64,000 nt of DNA from Octopus vulgaris (taxonomy: Eukaryota): NCBI GenBank assembly GCA_951406725.2, contig OX597815.1, forward strand, positions 148,552,001-148,616,000, written 5' to 3'. The notes under the pieces are model-generated. The model had not been told where the DNA came from. It made no database searches and worked only from the letters and a program-made list of their open reading frames with translations. The translations under genes and the position numbers were made by a program. Within the stretch, counting starts at the first letter, position 1. Every line of letters begins with the position of its first letter. Positions 27,103 through 41,486 of this stretch are shown here, piece after piece.

Positions 27103-27379
27103 ACATATATGTGTGTGTGTGTGTATGTGTATGTGCGTGTATGTGTGTACGTATGAATGAATTTTTTCGTATATTATACTGAGTCATTCCCCAATCCGGT
27201 TCTCTTTGCACAATCAACATCAAATGTAAATATGTTATTAATATCATTACGCTTTTAAAAGAAATGCATACGACTTTTTTTATTAACCTTTCGAATCTCT
27301 GTAGAATTTTTTTGCAGGTGAAAAAAACAATTGATATATTCTGAAGTGTAAGGAAAACCATACATGACCAAGTCTATAT

Positions 27380-27617
27380 TCTTTTACTTGTTTCAATCAT
27401 TTGACTGTGGCCATGCTGGAGCACCACCATTACTCGAGCAAATCGACCACAGGACTTATCCTTTGTAAGTCTAGGACTTATTCTATCGGTCTCCTTTGCC
27501 GAACCGCTAAGTTACGAGGACGTAAACACACCAGCATCCGTTGTCAAGCGATGTTAAGGGGCACAGAACAGACACACGCACACACACACACATACACAGA
27601 CACGCACACACACATAC

Positions 27618-27681
<64 letters not shown>

Positions 27682-27824
27682 GACGGGGTTATTTCAGTTT
27701 CTGTCTACCAAATCCACTCACAAGGTTTTGGTCGGCCCAACACTATGATAGAAGATATTTGCCAAAGGTGCCACGCAGTGGAACTGAGCCCGGAATTATA
27801 TCGTTGGTAAACAAGCTACTTACA
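27380..27824 (-). mobile_element. tRNA-derived SINE family A (head truncated)
   Basis: Colinear with 29245-29665. Confidence 0.85.
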
Positions 27825-27939
27825 ATGTATTTCTTTTTTCATAAGGTTTAAGTATATATGAGTTTCGATGTAGAAATGATGATGGCGTGGATATTATGTA
27901 ATACTTTGAGAATATTCCACATGTTGCTTTGGAACCAGT

Positions 27940-28928
27940 AAACTAGCTGTGTTTATACTTCGAAGTAATGTCTATCGCTATGTAAACATGGGTTTTCTAT
28001 AAGAACAGACGATGCTATTAGTGTAACCCCAGGACGACGCCTCATTCAGCTGGTTACTCAGTGCTCTTTCGCATTCGATATATACTGCAAGCAGAGAGCG
28101 AACTCCCTGCTATTCTAGCCCCCCAGACCACCAGACTTGCAATATATATATATATATATAAATATATATATATATCTTCTTATCTTATTCCCCGTCTGTC
28201 TTGATAGACAATGGGTTGTGCCAAGGGTGGGGCCTACTTTGATGATGTGCAGCGTCTGCTGTGACTGAACAGTCCAATTCTAGAGTGGCAGTCCTTGGTA
28301 CAGTTGCTGCACACGAATATCGATGGGTACGTGTGGGGTGTTGCTGCAGTTGTCCTCCTCCTGTCCCGCCTGTCCAACCACAGCTGTGCTCTCCTCTCCT
28401 CAGCCATGGAAACGCCTTTCCTCACCGTCCGACGCCAGGCAGAGCGGTCAGCAGCTGTTTCCTCCCACGTTCCACACAGATGTTGGCAGTCCTCAGGTCG
28501 CGCTTGCACACGTCCCTTTATCGTAGCTGTGGACGTCCCTTGGGTCGGGATCCCGTGGTGAGTTCGCTGTACAGGATGTCTTTAGGCATGCGACCGTCCT
28601 GCATGCGGCAGACGTGTCCGAGCCAACGCTGTCGTCTCCGCACGAGGAGGGCATACATGCTTGTCATATTAGTATGTTCCAGGATGACTCCGTTTGGTAC
28701 TCGGTCCTTCCAGGAGAAGCCAAGGATCCGTCGAAGACACCGCATGTGGAAGCCGCTGAGGTGGCATTCCTGCCGGGTGTATGTTGTCCAGCTCTCGCTG
28801 CCGTAGAGTAGGGTGCTCAGCACGCAGGCTCGGTACACTTCGATCTTGGTGGTTATTGTGAGCATGTTGTTTTCCCACACTCTCCTGGAGAGCTTAGCCA
28901 TGGTAGCAGCATCCTTCCCAATCCGTCC

Positions 28929-28960
<32 letters not shown>

Positions 28961-29085
28961 AAGAGAGAGAGAGAGGGAGTGCTAAGCACATTGAATAACC
29001 AGCTGATGGACGCGTCTTTCTAGGTTTAAAATAGCAGTATCGTCTGTTCCTATGTTTATGTGACAATGGAAGATTTCGCATAAAT
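27940..29085. repeat. Old inverted-repeat pair (~27940-28065 and ~28985-29085) split by an RTE insertion
   Basis: gaacagacgatgctatt…cagctggttactcagtgc versus gcacattgaataaccagctg…tatcgtctgttc. Confidence 0.65.
28176..28929 (-). mobile_element. RTE-clade LINE, 5'-truncated 3' fragment
   Basis: TKIEVYRACVLSTLLYGSESW…RCLRRILG…RWLGHVCRM…GRPQLR, then DRSAWR and CSNC…CHSRIGLFSH. It has a short 3' UTR with a (TAAGA)-like tail and is inserted in (TA)n. Confidence 0.93.
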
Positions 29086-29244
29086 GCCTACTATCCAGCA
29101 TATGTCCGTTTTGGTGATGTCTAACTCGCGAAGGTCAACTTTGCTTTAAATTCCTTTCCGGGTGGATAAAATATACTGGTGTTGATTTAATGGACCCACC
29201 CCTCCCATAACATTGCTGACTTTGAATTAAATTTTGAAGCCATT

Positions 29245-29459
29245 CTCTTTTACTCTTTTACTTGTTTCAGTCATTTTGACTGCGGCCATGTTGGAGCACC
29301 GCCTTTGGTCGAGCAAATCGACCCCGAGACTTATTCTTTGTAAGCCCAGTACTTATTCTATCGGTCTCTTTTGTCGAACCGCTAAGTGACGGGGACGTAA
29401 ACACACCAGCATCGGTTCTCAAGCAATGCTATGAGGGACACACACAAACACAAACACAT

Positions 29460-29518
<59 letters not shown>

Positions 29519-29684
29519 TGTGACAGGCTTCTTTCAGTTTCCGTCTACCAAATCCACTCACAAGGCATTGGTCGGCCCGGGGATATAGCAGAAGACACTT
29601 GCCCAAGATGCCACGCAGTGGGACTGAACCCGGAACCTTGTGGTTGGTTAGCAAGCAACTTACCACACAGCCACTCCTGCGCCT
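29245..29684 (-). mobile_element. tRNA-derived SINE family A, full length
   Basis: A box TGGCTGTGTGG, B box GGTTCAGTCCC, CORE-like CTTGGGCAAGT and an internal (TA)/(TG) tract. Confidence 0.9.
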
Positions 29685-30520
29685 AAATATTCTAAATATT
29701 TTCATTTTTATTATTATTCTGGCTGTTGTTTTTGCTATTTTTGTTCTAATAGGGGTGGTGTTTAGTAGACATTCATGACATCCCAACAGTCCTTTTGTTA
29801 GCTTCGGAGAATGCAAGTAGATGTAAATTGTCAGGTAGATTAGGAAAACCATATATTATATCTGTGACAAAATGACTGCTTGTAAGTTTTGTCACACACT
29901 CTGGAGAAGTCGGGAGCAGCAGTACCGTGGACGACGATGCTCTCGTAATTTTCCTATTTTAAATCAGAAAGTGGAATGCAGCGATAGCCAAAACAATGGC
30001 GAATACAGCAGCGGTTGAAAATAGTACACCCAAACTTGGAATGAATGTTATAGGCCAACAAGAATAAAAAAACCAAATACAGTAACACAATGTCGAAACA
30101 AAAGCCATTCTCAACAAGATGGGAGACAAAGACAATAACCAATAAAATTCAGTTCTATATTTAGAGATGAGGAATTATGTACGCTATTTACACTTGACGG
30201 ATATTTGTCCCCATCTTGTTTGTTAACGCAATGTTTCGGCTGATATACTAGTTGTCTTGGGCATATGGCGTAGTGGTTAAGAGCTCGGTCTATTAACCCC
30301 AAGATACCGAGTGACCTGAATAACAACAACACCACCGCCACCAACAACAACAACAACAATAACAGCAACAACAACAGCAATAAAAACAACAACAAAAACA
30401 ATAATAATAATAATAGTAATAATAATAATGGTAATAAAGGTAATGATAATAATAATAATAATAAAAATAATAATAATAACAATAATAATAATAATAATAA
30501 TAAAAATAATAATAATAATG

Positions 30521-30584
<64 letters not shown>

Positions 30585-30611
30585 TAATAATAATAATACC
30601 AATAATAATAA

Positions 30612-31574
30612 TACCACCTAACATATATGAAGAAGATGAAGAAACAACAAATGCTATAAAACAAAAGAAATCCAAACTAAAAATAGAACAGCAACGAACC
30701 ATGATAAAACGATGGCAAGAAAAGCCCCTTCATAGCAAATACTGGACTAAACTAAATGCAAAAGAAATAGACAAAGAAAAATCCCAACAAAGGTTGAGAA
30801 GCTCAGGACTCAAAGCAGAGACAGAAGGATTTTTAATTGCAGCACAAGACCAAAGCCTCCACACCAGAAATTACCAAAAACATGTAATGAAAAGAAATAT
30901 AACAAGTAACTGCAGAATATGTGGAGATGGACAAGAAACAATAAATTATATTATCTCTGGCTGCCCAGTCCCGGCTAAGAAGGAATATATTCACATACAT
31001 GACATACTTGGGACCTATATACACTGGAAACAATGCCAACGTTATGGAGTAACAACAGAAAAAAGATGGTATAGGCACACACCAGAAAAGGTCACAGAAA
31101 ACGAGAAAGCAACCATAATCTGGGATATGCCAATACACACAGATAGAGAAATTAAGGCCAACAGACCAGATATAGTTGTCAGAGATCATGAAGAAAAAAA
31201 TGTTTTCTAATTGATGTATCAATACCAGCGGATGACAACGTGTCTCTAAAAGAAATGGAGAAACTTTCAAAATACTAAGACCTGGAAATAGAGGTAACCA
31301 GAATGTGGAATCTAAAAGCAGAAACAAATCCTATCATAATAGGTGCATCAGGCATGATAAAAAAAATATTCAAACAGATACATAACAAAAACACCAGGAC
31401 TTACAAACACATATAACATACAAAAAATTGCACTACTAGGCACTGCACACATCCTACGCAGAACACTTTCCATACAATAACCTTCAGAGCATCACAACAA
31501 ATCACAGCACATACCCAAGGCACACAGAGCTTCTCTCGGTAGTGAAATGAAGGCACGACATAAAAAATATACTA

Positions 31575-31578
<4 letters not shown>
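30612..31578 (+). mobile_element. R4/Dong-like retrotransposon, 5'-truncated, with CCHC, RLE and 3' UTR
   Basis: WQEKPLH, LKAETEGFLIAAQDQ, CRIC, ANRPDIVV…LIDVSIP…EKLSKY, with (AAT)n at both junctions. Confidence 0.92.
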
Positions 31579-31626
<48 letters not shown>

Positions 31627-31637
31627 TTACTACTACA

Positions 31638-31726
<89 letters not shown>

Positions 31727-32587
31727 GGTAAGCAGGGTGTAAATGTATGTGTGTGTACGAGTGTGTATGTGTTTTGTGTTGTGTATGCTAGTGTATGAGT
31801 ATGTACAGGCATGCACTTATGTGTACGTGTAGATATATGTATTTATTGTGTATGCATGTAAAAAAATAATAAATCGAATAAAATGAAGCAAATTTGAATT
31901 TTAACCGTCATTGAAAATATTGTCATATATATATATATGTGTGTGTCTTTGTGTGTAAAGATGGATAAGCTTATATGTGTGTATACTTTAAGATTATACG
32001 TATATTGTAGGTGTGTAAGTGTATATATGATTGGGTGTACTTATATATATGTATATATGTATGTGCATATATGTATCTAAGACGTATCCATTCACCGTTA
32101 GACGGTGGTGAGAGGGATAAACCCACGCACGCACACACACTTATATGTGTGTGTGTGTATGTATATACATACATATATCTATGTATACAACCTTCACCAA
32201 AATAACAGTCATGTATACAACTTGAACAGACACATATCAGTACATAAACACACGTTCACATGTACATACACCTGTACACACACACAGGGACATCTACATA
32301 CTCTCCTAAATACTCACATGCATACGTAAGTATCTACGTACATACTTACATACAGACATGTGTATAGGTACACACACATGCATACGCATGTACACATTTG
32401 CATACGCACATACATGTACACACATACATACATACGCACATACACATACATACATACATACATACATACATACATACATACATACATACAAGCAAACATA
32501 CACACATACATACGTACATATATATCATGAACTGACTGCTACTTTTTCAGATGCCTCACGGAATTGTGTCAGTGAATATATATGTTA

Positions 32588-33000
32588 CGGAGATGTACTT
32601 GCATATCAAATGACCTGATCTGAGATCGTGTGCTGGAACAAAATCACAACAAGCAGAAATGTTACAAGACCAGAAGCAGAAAATTCGAAACTTATTCTTC
32701 ATCAATCGACGTCCTAGACATCATTACAATTTCACACTTTTAACGTTGATATTGTTCACTCTTCGTGTCACCTGTGGCAAAAATCCACTGGGAATAGCTG
32801 AGGGGTGTACAGGACAATGATATAAACAAAGACGACACAATAAAACATACATATACAACAAAAAATCAATGATGGGGAGGGATATAACAATTACGCTGTC
32901 AGGAAAAGTCATCCACACAAGAATAGCAACTGGGTAGGTGACTATTTTTGGGGGCGTAAACGCGACCATATCCTTTAGGCTGAAACAGATACAAGATTAA
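32588..33000 (-). mobile_element. Older relative of the 14681-15035 Penelope-like terminus
   Basis: Shares GGAGATGTACT.GCATA.CAA.TGA..TGATCTGAGATCGTGTGCTG and retains the GTGAACA core at 32753-32759 (minus). The right boundary is uncertain. Confidence 0.55.
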
Positions 33001-33125
33001 CACCTGAAAACACATACATTCTACATAATAGCGCGTATGTATCCGTATAAATATATTTATATTTGCTGTTATGTTTCTGCGAACGTGCTTATGAGTGTGT
33101 ATGCGTGTGCAAGAGCATCCAAAAA

Positions 33126-33189
<64 letters not shown>

Positions 33190-33698
33190 TAGAGAGAATG
33201 AGAGAGAAAGGTGACGTTCATTGTTTGGTCGCTCATTTGTTTGCTAGATATATACAAAATAAGTACCGACATTAAAAAAAAAAAAATCAGTGCGAAGAAT
33301 TTTGTTGAATTCAGAGTTCATACGTTAGCATCAGAACAAAGTGGAATTTATAACCAGCAACGATCATGCATATCAACAAGTAAATAAAAGCGAAATATAC
33401 ATAAATACGTTCTACTCCTTACGTGATTCTAATATGTGTAATATTCTACATTTTTATGTTAATATTTCAGATATTCTCATGTTTGTTGCTGCTGATATTT
33501 ACTTTAGTTAGCAATGTGTAATAAGTTGAAAGTATACAGAAAGTTAAAAAATAATGCGAATGCCATTAGGCTAGGAATTTCTAAAAGCTTTCTGACGCTT
33601 ACTTCCTTACGTTCATTTTTCTTTTGTTTTAAATATACGCTAATACACGAACACATTCTCAGTCGAATGTAGTATTTACGTATGTATATATGTATGTA

Positions 33699-33766
<68 letters not shown>

Positions 33767-33845
33767 GTCTAAAGCATAAGCGTTTGACTATAGAAACAAT
33801 CAAAGACATGCGCATGCGCGTATGCATTCACATATGTTTGTGTGT

Positions 33846-33889
<44 letters not shown>

Positions 33890-36800
33890 TATATATACAT
33901 ATACATATTTAAGTGTGCCTGCTTATATTTATGAGTGCTTATATATGTAAATATATATATATATATATAAATATATATATATACATATACATATATATAT
34001 ATACATACTTATATATGTATATATATACATATGTATGTGGAGTGGGGGTGTGGATGCATTTCAATACAGATCTACACACACACATGGATACATAAATACA
34101 CATATGTATCTAGGTTTGTATACGATACCGAGAGAAAGAGGCAGATTAGAGAGAGAAGTCTGTGTGAGACGAACATCGAAAATAAACGTAAGTCCTATAT
34201 ATACACAAAATTTGTTATTCTTTTTGTATGTGTTAGTTTCAAAATCAATACTGGAATTAAAATATCTATGGGGAAATTTGAGTTTTATTTCTACAATTAT
34301 TTTCTCAATTTTTCAACTTCCAGCTACCGTGTGATTTATTCTGTCTCTTCTTAGTTTCACTTGTTTATCATCACATATAATTCCAATTCTTTCAAACGCT
34401 ACTCCTCGAACTTTTAATTAAAATTTTCATCCATGAGAAACGAATATTGAAAATCAATTTATTTTGTGAGCGTAACAAGTCTTGTGTTCTGCACTGAAAA
34501 CATAGACAGTACGTTTTCCTCGTTGGTGACGAATATGTATGTATAATATTCCTCTATTCAATATGAGTATATATGTGGACACAATATATTTTATTTTACT
34601 GATTAAATTAACCATAAAATGAAGACTACTGTCAAAGAAAGTCATCAAAATCTTCATATGAATTATGTATAAATTAAAAAACTAGTATCTATGATGCATC
34701 AGGTCTTTTGACAACGGTGTCATCACGCTGCCTATTGTATATTTTATAATTAATCCGCTTTACAAACAACGAGAATGGAGTTATTAATCTTTCTCTCTAT
34801 CATCTCACCTGCTATGTAGTAAATCCTATTATTCTATCCCACATTGTTAAATATATAACTGTTGGTTTCTCTCCTTTTACATTCACAAATCATAAAAATT
34901 TAATTTACGGTCCAGATCACGTTTCTTTTTTTTAACTTTGTGCACGAAATAGGGACGGAACTTACAACATATCTTATACTGTACACTTTCAGAAAACAAA
35001 TGCATCTCACTTATTTAAATTCAGTATACTCTAAAATTTGATTGACAATTCAACGAAGTATAAATGGCAAAGAAATCTTTTGATTTCTCGTGAATTTGAG
35101 AAGATATATACGGTTACTGCCAACATAACATGCAGCCACGCTACAATTTGCAAAGTCATTAATATTAGGAAGAGTATCTTGTGAATGTTTTGGTAAAAAC
35201 GATAAATGTAAGTGTCACATTGTCCCCTACTATATTTATATTGGCGGCGATTCCGAAGAAATCTCCATAATGATTATAAAACAATATGGACAAACATGTC
35301 CGCATATAGTAAATGCGAAATGATTGTAGCAATCGTAAGTTTACATTAATGCATATATACTGACTCTTGATTCTGGTAGCGGAATTTTCTTGCTGTACAG
35401 CATGATGGTATTTTTGTTATTTTTCCTAATTTCCCTTTCATGCTGTTTCCGGTCGACTTGCGAAACGTCATGTTATCTTTCCTACAACTAGGCTCTAGAA
35501 GTTATATAATTTATAACTCTGTCGTATATCCCTCTTTTCCCTTCTATAACTTTAACTCTGAAAAAGACATCAGCTGTTGATCATGGATGCTCGCTTCACC
35601 ATGCCAATTTCACGATTGTATGTCTATCCCATTTTTGTCAAACTCCACATTTCTATGTACGGGTGTATAATGAAGAATGGATACAGATATTGTTGTTTGG
35701 TAACGAAATGTGTTGCGCACCAGTAAGGTCATAAATTCGTTCCCTTTTGCTGTTCTATTTAAGCTTTACTTTTATCATAGTCTCAAGCCAGTCCATATAT
35801 ATATATATATATATATATACGGTAAGGATAAAGCTGAGTAGAAGTCCGTTGAATAGACTATATGACCAATTTAAATGTTGTGATGCTGTAAGACGTTGTA
35901 CCCATTTGAGAATTAAAGTATCACTTCTTTTCTTAGCATAAATGATGAAATCTAACCTTCACAGACGAATTCATTCTGAAACAGAAGCGAATCAACTTAT
36001 TCCTTTGTTCGACAAAATAGAAATTGTATTAGTATTTGACTAATATTGCTTATTATTCACCGCAAGTTTCTATATAACGTTTTAATGATCACACATGAAA
36101 TATATACAAAAATAATATATTAGCTTTTGTATTTCATGCGGATGCAACCTCAAAAGTATTAATATATCATTTAATGCCGATCCTAATATATACATATCTG
36201 ATTCAGCCTAGTATTCTTACTCTCTTAATGTTTACAAAGAATGAAAAAATATATATGAATTCTGACCTCTTTTTTTAACAGACTGTGGATATGATATTTC
36301 TGATCAATAACTATTTACTATGCTTTTGAAGTATATAGTGTAATACTGGTACAGTACAACGAATATGAGCGAAGTATTATTTTGGTTTATTTTCAGACGG
36401 CACAATAGCAAAGAAGAAATGATAACAACTGTCAGTTTATGGTTAGGAATATTTCACTTTGTATAGAATAATGAAAGAGACTCCGAATAAAAAAAAATAT
36501 TCATATTAATATATTTTTTATCAGTGAATGTATAAAGCAATCATAAATATACGTCAGTCAATGTAACAAGTATTGAGAAAGTGTGGAGGATACAAGGGAC
36601 AATGAACGTGAAATAGAAATAGTCTTATTGAACAAAGTAGAAGATGGCTTGAGAATTCTTAAGGATGTGGGGAGACAAATACACTCATTGGTCTGTGATT
36701 CATATCTAATATTACAAAAGGATCCACTATTTGAGACATATTATTCAAATGAAAAACTTAAAATTTATTCGGATTGCAACGAAGTCACATATATTAGATA

Positions 36801-37386
36801 GCATCTCGCCCTTCTAATAATCGAGACGATCATAGAAATGGATTGTCTACGTTTTCTTTTCAGTACGGTGTATATTTTATCTTTTATCTGTTATTTGTTA
36901 TTGTCACCAAAGGGCAGTGATGCTGGGGAAAAAGGCCTAATAACTAACATATTCTCATCGCGGGACAGAATAGATTCTAAAATTAAACAGCATATATTAT
37001 AAAACGAAAATTTACTTATCATAACAAATGAAAACTTCCCTAGTTGCTTTCACAAGCAAGAAACTTATTTTCGAAATTTATACTATCAAATTTAATACAA
37101 GTAATTTTTTCCGTTTCTGATATTCTTGCTTGTATTAAATTACATTCAATTACTCCTTGCTTTAGGCACACAGAAAGCATGCTTTCAAAACACATACAAA
37201 ATAAAAATTGCGTATACTTTTGGTCATTTAACTTCTAGACATGCACATATGTATATGTGAAGGCCACTGCCATAAAGTGCGATTCATGATCTAGTACTAA
37301 TCAGGTATTTTGTTCTCTGCACAATGTTTTGACGAATTGCAATTAAGATAAATATTAAAGGACTATTAATATCTTAATCCTAAATA

Positions 37387-37604
37387 GGCGGCGGGCTGGC
37401 AGAAACATTCGCACGCCGAGCTAAAAGCTTTACAGTATTTCGTCTGTCATTACATTTTAAGTTCTAATTCCGCTGAGCTCGACTTTGCTTTTCATCCATT
37501 TGAGTCGATGTATTAAGTACCATTTCCGAACTGGGTTCGATCTAATCGACTGGCCCTCTTCCCCAACATTTCGGGCCTTGTGTCTAGAGTAGAAAGGAAT
37601 AATT
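37387..37604 (+). mobile_element. tRNA-derived SINE family B
   Basis: GGCGGCGGGCTGGCAGAAAC head, colinear with 26662-26890. Confidence 0.8.
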
Positions 37605-38241
37605 TAATCCTAAACCAAACAAAACTAAATAAATTAATGCACATGCAGAGATTGAAATATGTTTTTTGCTTTTCTAGGTTAGCTATTCTTATTGTTATTT
37701 TCCAGGTTATATTTAGGGAACTTGTATTTCCGATAAGGTATATCAAGTTCGCTACTTCATGTTTTAAGTCACGCAGTCATTAAGGTAGCAATAACATTTT
37801 TGAAGATATTTCTGCTTTACATGCAGTGACTTTCATTCTTTTGTCTGACGCTATAGATACCAAACAATCTATGTTTCAGATGTTGTGCTTCTATTTTTAA
37901 TTAAATGTAGCTGTAGATGTTCTTTATGTATGACATAGTGTTTCGATCTTCCTCTTTGTAGGGGAATAAGTTAAACACTGCTAACAACGCCGGTTTGAAT
38001 GTCGCTGCTCAGATCATAACAATAATGACATCAGTTATATAACCGATAGTGAAATCGTATATATGTTAGGGTTATTGTCAATGAATCTTTTATATCTTGA
38101 GTGGTTGTTCTACGCTGTCGTCTTTCTTGTAGGAGCGAACTTGTAAACATTATCGTTTCTTTTTATTTGACAGAACTTTGTTAATATCTTATCAAACACA
38201 GATATTGGATGACAGACATATATTATTCTACGTATGCTTGC

Positions 38242-38297
<56 letters not shown>

Positions 38298-38403
38298 GCC
38301 TTTATAGCCATACTTATACTTTCATATATCCATACACATACGAATGTCTGAACTGAAGTAAAGATAGTTGAATATTTTTATAGGAAAATACGTAGAAGAA
38401 TAC

Positions 38404-38461
<58 letters not shown>

Positions 38462-38863
38462 ACTGCCCCGCAATCAAAGGTTTAAGCGCGTTCAATCATA
38501 ATTATAAACATGTAGCGTTAGGAAAACCCACAAACCATTAACATTAAATTAGAACTATCGAATCCAAATAACAGATTCAGCAATTTTCTTTCATCAATAT
38601 TAATGTATTTTGTAAATGTTAAACATAAATCATTATCAGTTGTAGAAATTATGCGCAATATAATTCGAATGATGACGTAAAACGCGAGAAAATCTGTCTT
38701 AAATAATAGTTCTACGAGATAAATTCAAAGTTACGCTTGGCTATACACACATGCACGCACACACAAACACACACACTCACAAATATATACGTATATATAT
38801 ATATATATGTGTGTGTATGTGTGTGTGTGAATATATATATATATATGTGCGTGCTGATGTGTG

Positions 38864-38900
<37 letters not shown>

Positions 38901-40621
38901 AAATGTGTGTGTGTATGTGTGTATATAACTACACACTTATGGAAATATATATATATATTATATTTATCCTCATATATATGTGTATGTATATGTATGTATA
39001 CGCCCACATTCTTCATAGATTTATATCTATGTATTTGCTCTAGATTTATGTGTTTCTCTAAATTAGACATGTATTTTCTTTGTTATTTATTTCGTATTTA
39101 TTATATGTTTGTATTCGCATACATATCATTATATGTAGGTTCTAAATAATTAAATATCTAACACACGCACGCTCACACACACATATTATATGCCCACACA
39201 CACATACACTCACAGAACGATTCAAACGTACACATATTAAATATATTATGTCCTGCTATGTTTATATATATATATATAGGTAGTAATATGTTATTCTTAT
39301 GGATGTATCCATGCTCAACGTGATGTATTTTAAATGCACATTAAAATGCATACATGCGTATGCGTATACTCCATATGTATATATATTTGTGCATATAGAA
39401 ACAACTTTATTTGCATGCACATGTGTAGCTCTGAATATATGAATATGGACAGACATATAAACATATGTGAATTTACGTATATATATATATATGCATACAC
39501 ACATACATACATACATATATATATAGTGAGAGAGATGGAAGGCGAGAGAAAGAGAGCATATATTCATATATTCATATGAACGTACGTATGAGTGTATGCT
39601 TGTTGTTTTGTCTCTGTGTTTGCGTGTATCTACTAAGCTGAGTTAATCATCCTAAACAGAAAAAAACAAAAATGATTAATGAATGCAGATCCTGTAGTGT
39701 TTTCATGCATTTGCTTTTCAATTACAAAAATTTACTTTCTATATTTTTGAAACTTTCCTTTAGCCATATTATAAATATTTTAAAAAAATCTAAAGCATGA
39801 AATTATGATGTGAAATAAAATATAAATAAATTTATTTTTAGCGAAAAAATTTTACAGGATTTAGATGCTATCAGCTTTTAAGCATTGAAGTTGTTTTCAA
39901 TTTCATTTTGCTTAGAAGCTATTAATGGCGCAATTATTTTTTCTGCACTCTCTTCTCTTTCTTTGTGCTTTTATGTTGCTGTCGCTTTCTTCCAAATGGC
40001 AAGAAATTCGCAGCTTTAAAAAAATGTAAATTAGCAGCCAACATGTAATAATTATAATGTAGTATATGAAATAAATAAAATGCCGTTAAACTATCTGTCA
40101 AAGTCTAAGGAAAAAATAGAAATATATAAATGTGATGAAACAAGCGGGGAAGAGCTTTTAGCAGCTGGAAACTAAATAACGTTAGATATTATAGGCATTT
40201 ACTTCTTTTTATATTTAGTATATCTTTTAATTCAGTGGAAATGTTAAAAATATATTTCTACTGAGAAATATTGCAGTAACAAATTGTTAATAATGCAACA
40301 AAGGAATATTGCATGAATGTATTAGGTTCGGGAAAAATAATTAAAAAATGAATATATAAAAGGCAAAGGCATTTTTGAAATTCTGTAACAAAATTCGATG
40401 AAAATATCTACGCAAATGAAGAAATTAGAAAAAAGATGTCTATCACGAAGTTTGCTTTTTAATTCTAGACATTTAGAGACTCCGGTGCCTTCAAGAAATT
40501 CAAGATGCAAAGATAGGAGTGTATTCATATCGAAATTACAATACGAGATTTTAAAAAGCGTAAATACACGCATAGGCACATGCGGACATAGCCAAAAATT
40601 TAACTGTCTTCTTGATCCTCT

Positions 40622-40683
<62 letters not shown>

Positions 40684-41049
40684 ATGTGTGTGTGTGTGTG
40701 TGGTTGTGTGTGTGTGTGTGTGTCTGTGTGTCTCTGTATGTGTGCATGCGTGCGTGTATGTGTGCATAACTCTGATTATCATTTAATATTTCTATGAAGA
40801 TGAAAATTATCTGTGCTCCGGTGTTGAGCCGGCATTCTATGTAAGCAATGCATGCTTACAGTTTTCATATCAAAGAACTAAGCCAGCAGACGTCACTTGT
40901 GTTGTTGTTATCCGTCCAGTATGCGCAATGCAAGCACTGTTTAATTACAGTAATATTTCATGTATACCTGATGCTTCGACACAGTTGGTAGGTAAGTTAT
41001 CACTCAACCTGCGTTGTAGTAACTGTCATTTTCGTGCAAAAACATTCGT

Positions 41050-41430
41050 CGTGGCACTTCGTCAGTTACGATGACGTGGATTCCAGTTTGATCCGCTCAA
41101 CGGAATATTCTGCTCGTGAAATTAACGTGCAAATGACTGAGTACTCCACAGTCACGTGAACCCTTCACGTAGTTCTCGGGTAGATTCAGCGTGACACAGA
41201 GTATGACAAAGCTGGCCCTCCTAAATACTGCTACAACAGAATCCTAAAGAAGAGTGAGAGGAAGATGTGGCGAAAGAATTCAGCAGGAGTCGACACCATC
41301 CCCTACAGGAGCTTCGTGGAGCTTTAGGTGTTTTCGCACAATAAACGCTCATAACGTCTGGTCTGGGAATCGAAACCACGATCCTACGACCGCGAGTTCA
41401 CCGTTATAAACACTAGGCCATTGCGCCTCC
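41050..41430 (-). mobile_element. tRNA-derived SINE family C, near full length
   Basis: Minus head GGAGGCGCAATGGCCTAGTG…GGTTTCGATTCCC. The body is shared with 20362-20670 and 61956-62233. Confidence 0.85.
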
Positions 41431-41440
41431 ACACAGAAGC

Positions 41441-41486
<46 letters not shown>

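Noticed and set aside
30258-30318. tRNA gene
   Set aside because: An A box is present, but the sequence breaks off at the B box with no acceptor stem. It is a truncated SINE head, like the tRNA-like heads at 41360-41430 and 62160-62233.
35380-35730. piggyBac-like coding relic on the minus strand
   Set aside because: The resemblance is too faint, with multiple stops and no TTAA/TIR ends seen.
36398-36442. Possible host micro-exon (ttttcag…gttag)
   Set aside because: Splice-like signals only, no recognisable peptide and no partner exons; it needs RNA-seq.
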